A stretch of 32,000 nucleotides of DNA from Xylanibacter ruminicola 23 (GCF_000025925.1 NC_014033.1:3480001-3512000); one strand, 5' to 3'. Positions 8,469-16,974 are shown, counted from the first letter of the stretch. A program made the numbers and translations. Notes: a model not told the origin generated them from the letters alone.

Positions 8469-9737
8469 ATGAAAAGATTAATTTTGTCAGCCGTAATTGC
8501 AAGTGCTACCCTCACGGGGGCACTTGCTCAACAAAACGATCAGCGCCTGAATAAGGCCATCACCGATAAAGGCTATTTTCAGAAAGCCTGGAAGAGTGCA
8601 CCATCATTTCGCGACCTGCTTAAGCGTCGCAAGGCAGCAGTCAATCAGTTCAGAGCTATCCCTACTGCAGCATTGCACCCCATCACTATCAGAGCTTTTG
8701 CCACAGCAGAGCAGCGTGCCGGCACACGTCATGTGATTATACGTGAGCATCAGTATCTGAATGACAGTGGTTACAACAATGGGGGCTTCGACCTGGGAAT
8801 TGGTACTCCCGACCATGTGATTGCAGCTATTGCCGGTGATATCATCGACAGCTACGTCACACAGGCTGCTATCAAGGGCGTTGCCATCGACTCGCTTGCC
8901 ATCAATATCAAGCAGACTGGGCATTCGCTGCAGAACTGGGGACTGGATTATACCATCTTTATTGATTCGCCTGCTTCTGACCAGCAACTTGAGGAGTTAC
9001 GTGTCCTGGCCGAGAAAAACTCACCACTTTATCAGTTCTCTATCCGTGCGCATAAGGTAAACACAACAGTTGAACTGCATAAGAGTGCCGAGGAATTGGA
9101 GATTCCACCTACCTATCAACCAGGTTTGCGTGAGTTCATTGAGTGGGAAACGCGTAAAGGCGAGGCTAACAAGCAGCTTCGTGAAAGCGGTCAGCGTCCC
9201 GATAAGGCAAAGTTTGGTGGCTATGCATACGACTATCCTTACTCTCGTAAGAATGAGTTCACGCCTGCTCAGAGCGAGAGCTATCTGAATCCTGACGGTC
9301 CCACTGCTTTCATCAATCCCTCATCAGGTGTAACCGTACTTCAAGTGCGCCATCACAGAGTGTTGCAGGATCATCCACAGATTTTTGGTGGTAACGACCT
9401 TGGTCCTACAGCTGTTGAGAGTCATATCGGATTGCTTGGTTCGTGCTTTACCCATGTGGCAGAGGGAACCGCAGCACGCAACAGGATTCCACTTGATACC
9501 CTTAACGTAGCACTCACTGCCCAGTTCGACCCACGCAGCGGTCGCAAAGGCTACGAGCAAACCCCACTTTATCCTACCGACATACAGATGCGTGTGGTGA
9601 TAAGCAGTCCACGCAGTGAGGCTGAGATCCGTCAGCTGGTTGCCGATACCGAGCGTGGATGCCCCATCTACAATCTGGTAACCAACGCGCAGGAAATCAA
9701 AGGAGGTATAAAAAGAGTAATAGCAAAGAATAAGTAA
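8469..9737 (+). CDS. Secreted fused double OsmC/Ohr-like-domain protein (paralog A)
   Basis: Type I signal peptide (ALAQQ). The C-terminal half carries both OsmC-type cysteines: LLGSCFTHV (Cys326, nt 9444-9446) and ERGCPIYNL (Cys398, nt 9660-9662). The N-terminal half aligns to it (GGFDLGIGTPDHVIAAIAGDIIDSY / IFIDSPASDQQLEELRVLAEKNSPLYQF), but both Cys positions are replaced. Confidence 0.65.
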   Translation: MKRLILSAVIASATLTGALAQQNDQRLNKAITDKGYFQKAWKSAPSFRDLLKRRKAAVNQFRAIPTAALHPITIRAFATAEQRAGTRHVIIREHQYLNDSGYNNGGFDLGIGTPDHVIAAIAGDIIDSYVTQAAIKGVAIDSLAINIKQTGHSLQNWGLDYTIFIDSPASDQQLEELRVLAEKNSPLYQFSIRAHKVNTTVELHKSAEELEIPPTYQPGLREFIEWETRKGEANKQLRESGQRPDKAKFGGYAYDYPYSRKNEFTPAQSESYLNPDGPTAFINPSSGVTVLQVRHHRVLQDHPQIFGGNDLGPTAVESHIGLLGSCFTHVAEGTAARNRIPLDTLNVALTAQFDPRSGRKGYEQTPLYPTDIQMRVVISSPRSEAEIRQLVADTERGCPIYNLVTNAQEIKGGIKRVIAKNK

Positions 9738-9758
9738 TCATTAAAAATAGAAAGAGTT

Positions 9759-10994
9759 ATGAAAAAGAATCAGATTGTTATCATTACAGCAGCCCTTGCT
9801 TTGCAGGTTAGTAGTGCACTCGCACAGGGGCCTCTCAATATCTTTAAGTCGGCTCAGCAGAAAGCCAAGTTGGAACAGAATGCCCCTTCGTTGCGTAACC
9901 ACCTGAAGGAGCGTAAGGTGGCCCTTGAGGCTTGGAATGCTATACCCGCCAGCGATTTGCAGCCAGTAACACTTACAGCCAATGTTACCGCCAAGAACCG
10001 CTCGGGCGTGCGTGAACTCCGAATCAGAGAGTTTCATTATATTGGCGACTGTGGTTATGCACATGGTGGACAGGATTCGGGTGTGGACACCCCAACTACA
10101 GCTCAGGCCGTGTTTGCTTCCGACCTTGCCGACAGCTATCTGAATCAGGCTGCGCTGCTGGGTATCGATATCGACTCGCTGACTATCGAAATCCACGGTC
10201 AGCCCGACAAGGTGAAGACCAATCGTGTGTGGTATCCACGCAACTTCCTCTACACCATCTATATTGATTCACCTGCCTCGGATGCTGAGTTGGAAAAGTT
10301 GGCAGTATTGGCAGAGCAGAACTCGGCTGTAGCCACTCTGGTGAAGGCTGCCGTAGTACCTCAACTGATTATCGATCAGAAGTCGTCACCACGCGAGAAG
10401 AAGGTTGAAGGCGCCACCTTGGCTGGACTTCGCGAGTATATCTGGGGTAAGCGTCAGGCGCTGCAGGCCAGTAAGGCTAAGGCTGAGGCAGCAAAAGCCA
10501 AGAATCCAAAGGCTGACGCAGATGCCTTGCGTAAAGCACTTGCTCCAAAGCAGGGCCCATGGGTAAAGGTTTTCCCCAATGGTGTGCGTCAGCTAACCGT
10601 AAATGATAAATATCTCATTCTGCACGATAATCCTGCTTATCTGGGTGGTACCAATCTCGGTTTTACCTCAATCGAGGGTGTGCTTGGCATCCTGGGCACC
10701 TGTATCACTCACATCTCATTGGGACAGGCAGCAGAACGCGCACTCGACGTGGATTCTATCTCGCTGACCGTCGAGGCTGAATGGGACCCACGAGCAGGTC
10801 GCAAGGGCTTTGAGAAGGTGTCGATTGCTCCACAGAATGTGCGTTATACTTTGCATGTGAAGACACCCGAAAGTGCTCAGGCCGTGAAAGAGTGGATCGA
10901 GGCTGTTGAGAAGATTTGCCCCATGTACAACCTCTTCAAGGACACACAGACATTCGAGCATCGCATCGTACGTGGTAGTTTTAAAAGACAATAA
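9759..10994 (+). CDS. Secreted fused double OsmC/Ohr-like-domain protein (paralog B)
   Basis: Collinear with paralog A at roughly 35-40% identity by eye. The C-terminal half keeps ILGTCITHI (Cys315, nt 10701-10703) and EKICPMYNL (Cys387, nt 10917-10919). The N-terminal half (FASDLADSY, AEQNSAVATL) lacks them. The linker is Lys/Ala-rich (ASKAKAEAAKAKNPKADADALRKA). Confidence 0.65.
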   Translation: MKKNQIVIITAALALQVSSALAQGPLNIFKSAQQKAKLEQNAPSLRNHLKERKVALEAWNAIPASDLQPVTLTANVTAKNRSGVRELRIREFHYIGDCGYAHGGQDSGVDTPTTAQAVFASDLADSYLNQAALLGIDIDSLTIEIHGQPDKVKTNRVWYPRNFLYTIYIDSPASDAELEKLAVLAEQNSAVATLVKAAVVPQLIIDQKSSPREKKVEGATLAGLREYIWGKRQALQASKAKAEAAKAKNPKADADALRKALAPKQGPWVKVFPNGVRQLTVNDKYLILHDNPAYLGGTNLGFTSIEGVLGILGTCITHISLGQAAERALDVDSISLTVEAEWDPRAGRKGFEKVSIAPQNVRYTLHVKTPESAQAVKEWIEAVEKICPMYNLFKDTQTFEHRIVRGSFKRQ

Positions 10995-11590
10995 TGATGA
11001 AGTATGAGCCTGCATATTTACTCGCTTTGGCTACTTGGCCTGTAACCGTTTGTGCTACCAATGCACAGGCAGACTCACTACGCATAGCTCGTCCGGCCGC
11101 TTTTCCTGCTGTAAGCCGACATCAGACGCTCGACTCGCTGAAAGCAGAAGTGAAGCTGCAACTGGAGCAGCGGTACGGACAGCACTATGGGTGCTCGGCA
11201 CTCTCACTAACCTCTATCGCTGCTACACTGGGCAGTCCACTAAGCGAGCAGCAGCTTCGAAGCATGTCGGAGGCGTTCTCGGGTGGTATCGGGCATAAGT
11301 TTGGCGAAGGCACTTGTGGCGCACTTACCGGTGCCATTGCAGCCTTAGGTTTTTATGCCAGTGGCGATAAGGAGAAACATTTGCGGTTGGCAGCTGAAGT
11401 ATATGATGAGTTTAAGAAGCAACAGGGATCCATTACGTGTGGTGATATCTACGCCCGTTATCATTTTAGTCACTGCGACGGATGTAATCTCTGTGCGATA
11501 CAGAAGGTGATTGAAGTTCTTTACCGTGAGGGTGATATCCACACAAGTACCATCGCCCCATGGCAGCAGTTAACAGAAGAAAAGAAATAA
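10994..11590 (+). CDS. C_GCAxxG_C_C-family putative redox protein with an N-terminal signal-like extension
   Basis: Family motifs are present in order: YGCSALSL, GTCGALTGA (CGAxxG), SITCGDI, HCDGCNLC. About 45 extra N-terminal residues begin with the hydrophobic stretch YLLALATWPVTVCATNAQA. The start ATG overlaps the upstream TAA (TAATG). Confidence 0.7.
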   Translation: MMKYEPAYLLALATWPVTVCATNAQADSLRIARPAAFPAVSRHQTLDSLKAEVKLQLEQRYGQHYGCSALSLTSIAATLGSPLSEQQLRSMSEAFSGGIGHKFGEGTCGALTGAIAALGFYASGDKEKHLRLAAEVYDEFKKQQGSITCGDIYARYHFSHCDGCNLCAIQKVIEVLYREGDIHTSTIAPWQQLTEEKK

Positions 11591-11597
11591 AAAGGAG

Positions 11598-12566
11598 ATG
11601 ATGATTATGGAAAAGAGAGTTTTTACAAGAATTAGCGCGATAGTTTTTTGGCTGTTTTCAGGTTTCGCACTCACTGCCTGCGGAGGTAGTGACGATCCAG
11701 TAGTACCTATCAATATACCAACCGAAGACGACGAATGCTGCAATGCCGAAGAGACATTTCTGGCATATACTTTCCTGCACAACGGTTATCTGAAAGAGAT
11801 TGAATCGCTACGCGACACAATCGATGAGAAATATGCCCTGAGCGTTTACTCGCGAGGTGGCAAACTGCATGCAGGCTATAATGATGTGTTTTTTGCGCTG
11901 ACAAAAATCTCTAATCAAGGTTTTGTTCGTGATTTTTCTGTAACAGAGATAAGTCCCGTGATGACCATGACCGAGAAAGGTATGAAGCACTCAACACCAA
12001 CGGCTACAGAGAGCAGCCTTTACGATGAAACATTCCCTGCCGTACAGCACGCGTGGATATCTTTCGTAATGAGTAGTAGCAGTATGGGCTATTGGGAACT
12101 GGGATACAAGGCAACTACCCAGAATAAAACAGTTGCCCATACCGGTAGTGTTATCGAGGTTTCGGCCAATGCTACAGGCCAGGAGTGGATTAAGTCGTTC
12201 AAATATCAGGATGTAAATTATTACCTCTCGCTGGTAAATCCTAATGATTTCCAGACTGGTATAAACACTATTCAGGCATACGTGTCGCAGCAGAATGCTG
12301 AGAAAGCCAAACCCTGGCCATTGGCTGATCAGGAGTTTACTATCGAAATTATACCCACTATGCCCGATATGGGCAATCATTCTTCGCCCGATAATGTGGC
12401 TCTTACCAAACAGCCATCAGGCATATACGAAGGTAAGCTAAACCTTACCATGACAGGCCTGTGGGATATTCATCTGGTTGTAAAGGACAAAGAAGGTAAC
12501 ATTGTAGCAGGAGGAGAGAATAATGACAGCGGGTATAGCAATATTTATTGGAGCGTTATATTATAG
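11598..12566 (+). CDS. Lipoprotein with two tandem YtkA/FixH-like Ig-fold repeats, each carrying a Met/His motif
   Basis: Lipobox ALTAC (Cys28) followed by DDECC. Repeat 1 contains SPVMTMTEKGMKHSTP ... WISFVMSSSSMGYWELGYK. Repeat 2 contains IPTMPDMGNHSSP ... GIYEGKLNLTMTGLWDIHLVVKD. The G-x-Y...M-x-G-x-W pattern is characteristic of YtkA-like domains. Confidence 0.55.
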   Translation: MMIMEKRVFTRISAIVFWLFSGFALTACGGSDDPVVPINIPTEDDECCNAEETFLAYTFLHNGYLKEIESLRDTIDEKYALSVYSRGGKLHAGYNDVFFALTKISNQGFVRDFSVTEISPVMTMTEKGMKHSTPTATESSLYDETFPAVQHAWISFVMSSSSMGYWELGYKATTQNKTVAHTGSVIEVSANATGQEWIKSFKYQDVNYYLSLVNPNDFQTGINTIQAYVSQQNAEKAKPWPLADQEFTIEIIPTMPDMGNHSSPDNVALTKQPSGIYEGKLNLTMTGLWDIHLVVKDKEGNIVAGGENNDSGYSNIYWSVIL

Positions 12567-14517
12567 TAATGTATTGACCGCTTTGCCAACCGACAGTATC
12601 GAGAAAGAAGCATCGATTAACGAGGTGACTATCACCTCGACTGTCGGTTCCAAGCGCAAGGTGGCTGGCAAGGGGCGTACAGCATCGATAGAGGAGCATC
12701 TGTTGCAGTTGAACAATGTTGCCATGGTGAAACGAGGCGCATATGCCTGGGAACCAGTGGTAAACAATATGTCTACCGAGCGATTGAGTACAACTATCGA
12801 TGGTATGAAGATATTCTATGCTTGTACCGATAAAATGGATCCTGTAACGTCGTATGTAGAAAGTGGTAACCTGCAGCGCGTAAGACTGGATTCGGGCCTT
12901 GATGGCAATCCACAGGCAACAGGAAATATCGGCGGAAGTATTGATCTGAAACTCCGTAAGTCGGGGTTTGATGCTGCTCCTCAGGAGTTTAACCTTACTA
13001 CTGGGTATGAAGCCAACGGCCATCTGCAGGTGTATGGTGCCGATGCTGCGTTCTCGTCGCAGACGTTCTATGCCAACTTCGGCGCGTTTTATCGTGATGC
13101 AGATAATTACAGGGCTGGTGGACATCAGGATGTTCCTTTTTCCAAGTTCCATAAAGTCAATTCGTTTCTGAACCTGGGGTTCCGTCCAGCCCCAAACCAC
13201 ATCGTAGAGGGTACGGTCATTTTCGACCGTGCCACCGATGTTGGCTATCCGGCCCTGAATATGGATGTTAGCGATGCTACAGGACTTATCACGTCGCTTT
13301 CTTATCGCAGGGAGCAGCTTGCGGGGCTTTTCTACCGATGGGAAACCAAGGTGTACTATAATCATATCACCCATAATATGGATGATAGCACACGCCCCGA
13401 CGTGATTATTCACATGGATATGCCTGGTAAAAGCAGTACGGCCGGACTCTATAGTCTGCTCGAGGGCTCAAGGGGTAAACATCAGTATCAGCTTAATTTT
13501 GATTGCTATTACAATACCCTTTTTGCTGATATGACCATGTATGTTGAGGGGGCCAAACCCATGTACATGCTTACGTGGCCTGATGTGGGTACTTTCAACA
13601 GCGGTTTGTCGTTGTCTGATAATATCCGTTTGTCTGATACGCATAGTATCCATCTGTCGGCAAAAGGCTCTTGGCAGCAGCAACGTATTAACAGCGATGA
13701 AGGCTACCACGCCTTGGAAATATTTTTCCCAGGTGTGGAACGTAGCAAGCGTACTTTTATGGGACGTGTGTCTGTAAGCTATGCCTGGCAGAAAAATGGT
13801 TGGCGATTGGCTGCTGGAACAGGATACGGTAATCGTGCACCATCGGTTACCGAGTCGTTTGGATACTTCCTGAATAATGCCTTCGACCGTTATGATTACA
13901 TTGGTAATCCCCACCTTAAGAACGAAAGTGCGGTTGAGTTGAATACATCGGCTTCGTGGCAGAATGATGTGATAGATACTCGCCTAGAGGTGAATGCATT
14001 TTTTTTCCATAACTACATTATCGGTACACCCGATAACCGATTGTCGGCCATGACTATCGGAGCTCCGGGTGTGAAGGTTTACCAGAACCTAAAACATGCG
14101 AAGATTGTGAATACTGCGTTTACATTCAGTGTCACCCCTCTTTCCTGGTTGCGTTGGGACAATAAGGTGAGTTACAGTTATGGCAAGGAGAGCACTGGGG
14201 CTCATCTGCCTTTGATTGCTCCCTTTACCTATCTTACGGCATTGAAACTGTTCCATCAGAACTGGGAAGGAGAATTGGGTGGCGAACTGGTTGGCAAACA
14301 GAGCAACTACAGCAATAAATATGGCGAGAGTCTTACACCAGGCTATGCTGTATGGCATATCAGTGCCGGTTATCAGTTTAACATCCATACGGTTGTAGCT
14401 AATATCCATGTGGGTGTTGATAACCTGTTTGATCGTTACTATTCTACCTATTCAGATTGGAATCATATTCCCCAAAAGGGTCGTAACATCTATGCCAATC
14501 TATCGGTGAAGTTGTAG
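12523..14517 (+). CDS. TonB-dependent receptor (non-SusC type; plug resembles the OprC/NosA copper-receptor class)
   Basis: 664 aa. INEVTITST, then plug segments VAMVKRGAYAWEPVVNNMSTERLSTTIDGMKIFYACTDKMDPVTSYV (compare the GACxxRMDPPxSY motif of OprC-type receptors). The C-terminal barrel ends NIYANLSVKL. It overlaps the upstream lipoprotein gene by 44 nt. The stop codon is TAG. Confidence 0.8.
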   Translation: MTAGIAIFIGALYYSNVLTALPTDSIEKEASINEVTITSTVGSKRKVAGKGRTASIEEHLLQLNNVAMVKRGAYAWEPVVNNMSTERLSTTIDGMKIFYACTDKMDPVTSYVESGNLQRVRLDSGLDGNPQATGNIGGSIDLKLRKSGFDAAPQEFNLTTGYEANGHLQVYGADAAFSSQTFYANFGAFYRDADNYRAGGHQDVPFSKFHKVNSFLNLGFRPAPNHIVEGTVIFDRATDVGYPALNMDVSDATGLITSLSYRREQLAGLFYRWETKVYYNHITHNMDDSTRPDVIIHMDMPGKSSTAGLYSLLEGSRGKHQYQLNFDCYYNTLFADMTMYVEGAKPMYMLTWPDVGTFNSGLSLSDNIRLSDTHSIHLSAKGSWQQQRINSDEGYHALEIFFPGVERSKRTFMGRVSVSYAWQKNGWRLAAGTGYGNRAPSVTESFGYFLNNAFDRYDYIGNPHLKNESAVELNTSASWQNDVIDTRLEVNAFFFHNYIIGTPDNRLSAMTIGAPGVKVYQNLKHAKIVNTAFTFSVTPLSWLRWDNKVSYSYGKESTGAHLPLIAPFTYLTALKLFHQNWEGELGGELVGKQSNYSNKYGESLTPGYAVWHISAGYQFNIHTVVANIHVGVDNLFDRYYSTYSDWNHIPQKGRNIYANLSVKL

Positions 14518-14539
14518 CTTATTCAGCAGCTACAACTTC
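14508..14539. terminator. Bidirectional hairpin spanning both convergent stop codons
   Basis: Perfect 12-bp stem, gaagttgtagct (14508-14519) with agctacaacttc (14528-14539), and an 8-nt loop. The arms are the last codons of the TonB receptor (+) and of ridA (-). No strong T-run follows on either side. Confidence 0.45.
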
Positions 14540-14896
14540 AATTTCAACCAAAGCACCCTTGGGGAGTGTTTTTACAGCCACAGCCGAACGGGCTGGATAT
14601 GGCTCAGCAAAGAACTCGGCATAAACGGCATTCATGTCGGCAAAGTCGTTCATGTCGGCCATAAATACGGTTGTCTTCACCACATGGGCCATGGTTAAGC
14701 CTGCTTCTTCAAGAATGGCTTTGATGTTGGTGAGCGATTGACGGGTCTGCTCCTTGATGCCACCCTCTACAAAACTTCCTGTTGCAGGATTGATGGGTAT
14801 CTGACCTGAGGTGTAGAGCAGGTTGCCTACACGGATGGCCTGACTGTAAGGACCGATGGCAGCTGGTGCCTGATTGGTGCTGATAACTTGTTTCAT
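14519..14896 (-). CDS. ridA: RidA/YjgF-family reactive enamine/imine deaminase
   Basis: 125 aa. [12 protein letters not shown]...GQIP...[20 protein letters not shown] is the canonical RidA sequence. Confidence 0.9.
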   Translation of the reverse strand: MKQVISTNQAPAAIGPYSQAIRVGNLLYTSGQIPINPATGSFVEGGIKEQTRQSLTNIKAILEEAGLTMAHVVKTTVFMADMNDFADMNAVYAEFFAEPYPARSAVAVKTLPKGALVEIEVVAAE

Positions 14897-14909
14897 ACCT
14901 TTATCATGT

Positions 14910-15440
14910 TTATTTGTTGATACCTTTCAGCAGTTTCTCTACCTTCTGATACTGTACGGTTGAGAGCAGGATATTGCCTTCGGGTGAGACGACTACCATG
15001 GATGGAATCCACTGTACACCGTAGGATTTAGAGATGTCGGTTTCCTTAAACTTCTTCAGTTCGCTCACCTGGGGATAGCTGATGCCGTACTGATTGATGG
15101 CCTTCTGCCAAGCTTCAACGTTGGTATCCATCGATACGCCTACAAACTCCACCTTGTCGGAGTGGAAATCGTTGTACAGGCGAACTACCTCAGGCGCATC
15201 CTTGCGACAGTCGGGGCACCACGAGGCCCAGAAATCAAGTACTACAGTCTTACCTTTCAGCGAACTGAGGCTGAAGGGTTTGCCGTCGGGGGTATTCATG
15301 GTGAAGTCGGGAGCCACAGTGCCTGGCTGTATCAGACTGGTGGCATACTTGGCATCCAGATCTTCGTCGGTGGTTTGCGCTTTTGTGTTAATGGCAAACC
15401 CCGCTAAGAGCAGGGCTGCCAATAGTGTTTTGAGCTTCAT
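14910..15440 (-). CDS. Secreted TlpA/ResA-like thiol-disulfide oxidoreductase (thioredoxin fold)
   Basis: Signal peptide [21 protein letters not shown]. Active site FWASWCPDC (CxxC). AhpC/TSA-Redoxin-like layout. Confidence 0.85.
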   Translation of the reverse strand: MKLKTLLAALLLAGFAINTKAQTTDEDLDAKYATSLIQPGTVAPDFTMNTPDGKPFSLSSLKGKTVVLDFWASWCPDCRKDAPEVVRLYNDFHSDKVEFVGVSMDTNVEAWQKAINQYGISYPQVSELKKFKETDISKSYGVQWIPSMVVVSPEGNILLSTVQYQKVEKLLKGINK

Positions 15441-15462
15441 AAGAGATACTTGTTTGTTTTAT

Positions 15463-16953
15463 CTATTTGTTCAGTTTCCAGGTAACACCATCCTTGGTGT
15501 CCTTCACCTCGAAACCGGCTGCTGCGAGTTCATCGCGAATCTTATCGCTGGTAGCCCAGTCCTTATCAGCCTTGGCCTTAGCACGCAGTTCCAGTACCAT
15601 ATCCATTACCTTACCAAAGGCAGCCTCGCGCTCATCGTTGGTGCCGCTCTTCTCGGCCTTCAAGCCCAGAATATCCTCGGCAAAGAGGTGCATGGTTTCC
15701 TTCAGCTCCTGCAGGCAGTCGGCGCAGATGGTGGCTTTGTGGTCGGTGAGCTTGTTCACCACGGTGCAAGCTTCGAACAGATAACTGATCACCTGTGGGG
15801 TTGCCAGGTCGTCGTTCATGGCGTCGTAGCACTTCTGGCGCAGAGCCTTAACTACCTTCTCAGTCTCGGCATCGCACTTGTCGGCTACCTGAACACGCTC
15901 CAAGTCGGCAATGGCGTTCATCATCTTCTCCAATCCCTTCTCGGCAGCCTCCAAGGCCTCGTTCGAGAAATCTACCGTGCCACGGTAGTGAGCGCTGAGC
16001 ACGAAGAAACGGATGGTCATCGGTGAGTAGGCCTTCTTCAGCAATGGGTGATTGCCGGTGAAGAACTGCTCGAGGGTGATGAAGTTGTTATACGACTTAC
16101 CCATCTTCTGTCCGTTGATGGTCAGCATGTTGTTATGCATCCAGTATTTTACAGCGGGGTGACCCATCGAGGCCTGTGCCTGTGCAATCTCGCACTCGTG
16201 GTGTGGGAATACCAGGTCCATACCACCACCATGGATGTCGAACTCTTCGCCTAAGTACTTGCGGCCCATGGCTGTGCACTCGCAGTGCCAACCGGGGAAT
16301 CCGTCGCTCCAAGGACTAGGCCAGCGCATGATGTGCTCGGGCTGAGCCTTCTTCCACAGGGCAAAGTCGGCCTGGTTGCGCTTCTCGCCTACACCGTCGA
16401 GCTCACGACTGGCATCCTTCACGTTCTCGAGCGAACGACCTGAAAGAATACCATACTGGAACTTCTTGTTGTAAGCTTCGATATCAAAGTAGATAGAACC
16501 GTTGCTCTCGTAAGCAAAGCCATTGTCGAGAATCTGCTGAACCAGTTGCTGCTGCTCGATGATATGACCAGTGGCATGGGGCTCGATAGAGGGGCGCAGC
16601 ACATTCAGTGCATCCATAGCCGCATGATAGCGGTTGGTGTAGTACTGGGCAATCTCCATAGGCTCCAACTGCTCCAAGCGGGCTTTCTTGGCAATCTTAT
16701 CCTCACCCTCGTCGGCATCGTGCTCCAAGTGACCTACGTCGGTAATATTACGTACATAACGTACTTTATACCCCAGGTGCTTCAGATAACGGAACACCAG
16801 GTCGAAAGTAATCGCAGGACGGGCGTGTCCCAGATGGGGATCGCCATACACGGTAGGACCACAAACATACATACCCACGTTGGGGGCGTGAAGGGGCTCG
16901 AAACGCTCCTTCTGTCGTGTCAAAGTATTGTAAATTACTAACTTAGATTCCAT
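15463..16953 (-). CDS. cysS: Cysteine--tRNA ligase
   Basis: [19 protein letters not shown] (HIGH motif) and [12 protein letters not shown] (KMSKS-type). I moved the start to MESKLVIYN (ATG 16951-16953), 21 nt downstream of a -7 box. The ORF-track extension to 17091 runs through the promoter and the repeat. Confidence 0.9.
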   Translation of the reverse strand: MESKLVIYNTLTRQKERFEPLHAPNVGMYVCGPTVYGDPHLGHARPAITFDLVFRYLKHLGYKVRYVRNITDVGHLEHDADEGEDKIAKKARLEQLEPMEIAQYYTNRYHAAMDALNVLRPSIEPHATGHIIEQQQLVQQILDNGFAYESNGSIYFDIEAYNKKFQYGILSGRSLENVKDASRELDGVGEKRNQADFALWKKAQPEHIMRWPSPWSDGFPGWHCECTAMGRKYLGEEFDIHGGGMDLVFPHHECEIAQAQASMGHPAVKYWMHNNMLTINGQKMGKSYNNFITLEQFFTGNHPLLKKAYSPMTIRFFVLSAHYRGTVDFSNEALEAAEKGLEKMMNAIADLERVQVADKCDAETEKVVKALRQKCYDAMNDDLATPQVISYLFEACTVVNKLTDHKATICADCLQELKETMHLFAEDILGLKAEKSGTNDEREAAFGKVMDMVLELRAKAKADKDWATSDKIRDELAAAGFEVKDTKDGVTWKLNK

Positions 16954-16974
16954 AATGCTCTTAAATTTTGGGTG

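Noticed and set aside
12556-13413. 285-aa minus-strand ORF inside the TonB receptor gene. Similar antisense ORFs occur at 19467-20192 (+), 21633-22190 (+), 24430-24978 (+), 28250-29107 (-), 29561-30325 (-) and 30470-30946 (-).
   Set aside because: Each is contained within a confidently called gene on the other strand, and none has a recognisable domain. I treat them as shadow ORFs.
14910-15440. The TlpA-like periplasmic thioredoxin as the reductant-supplying member of the SusC/OsmC operon
   Set aside because: It is an attractive idea, but the gene is on the opposite strand. It sits inside the cysS-tlpA-ridA transcription unit with its own promoter at 16975. Adjacency alone is insufficient, so I note it only as a possibility to test by co-occurrence analysis.
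15094-16026. 310-aa + strand ORF overlapping tlpA and cysS
   Set aside because: It lies entirely antisense to two high-confidence genes with clear catalytic motifs. Its composition is Leu/Val/Gly-rich with no recognisable domain, which is typical of shadow ORFs in moderately GC-rich coding DNA.
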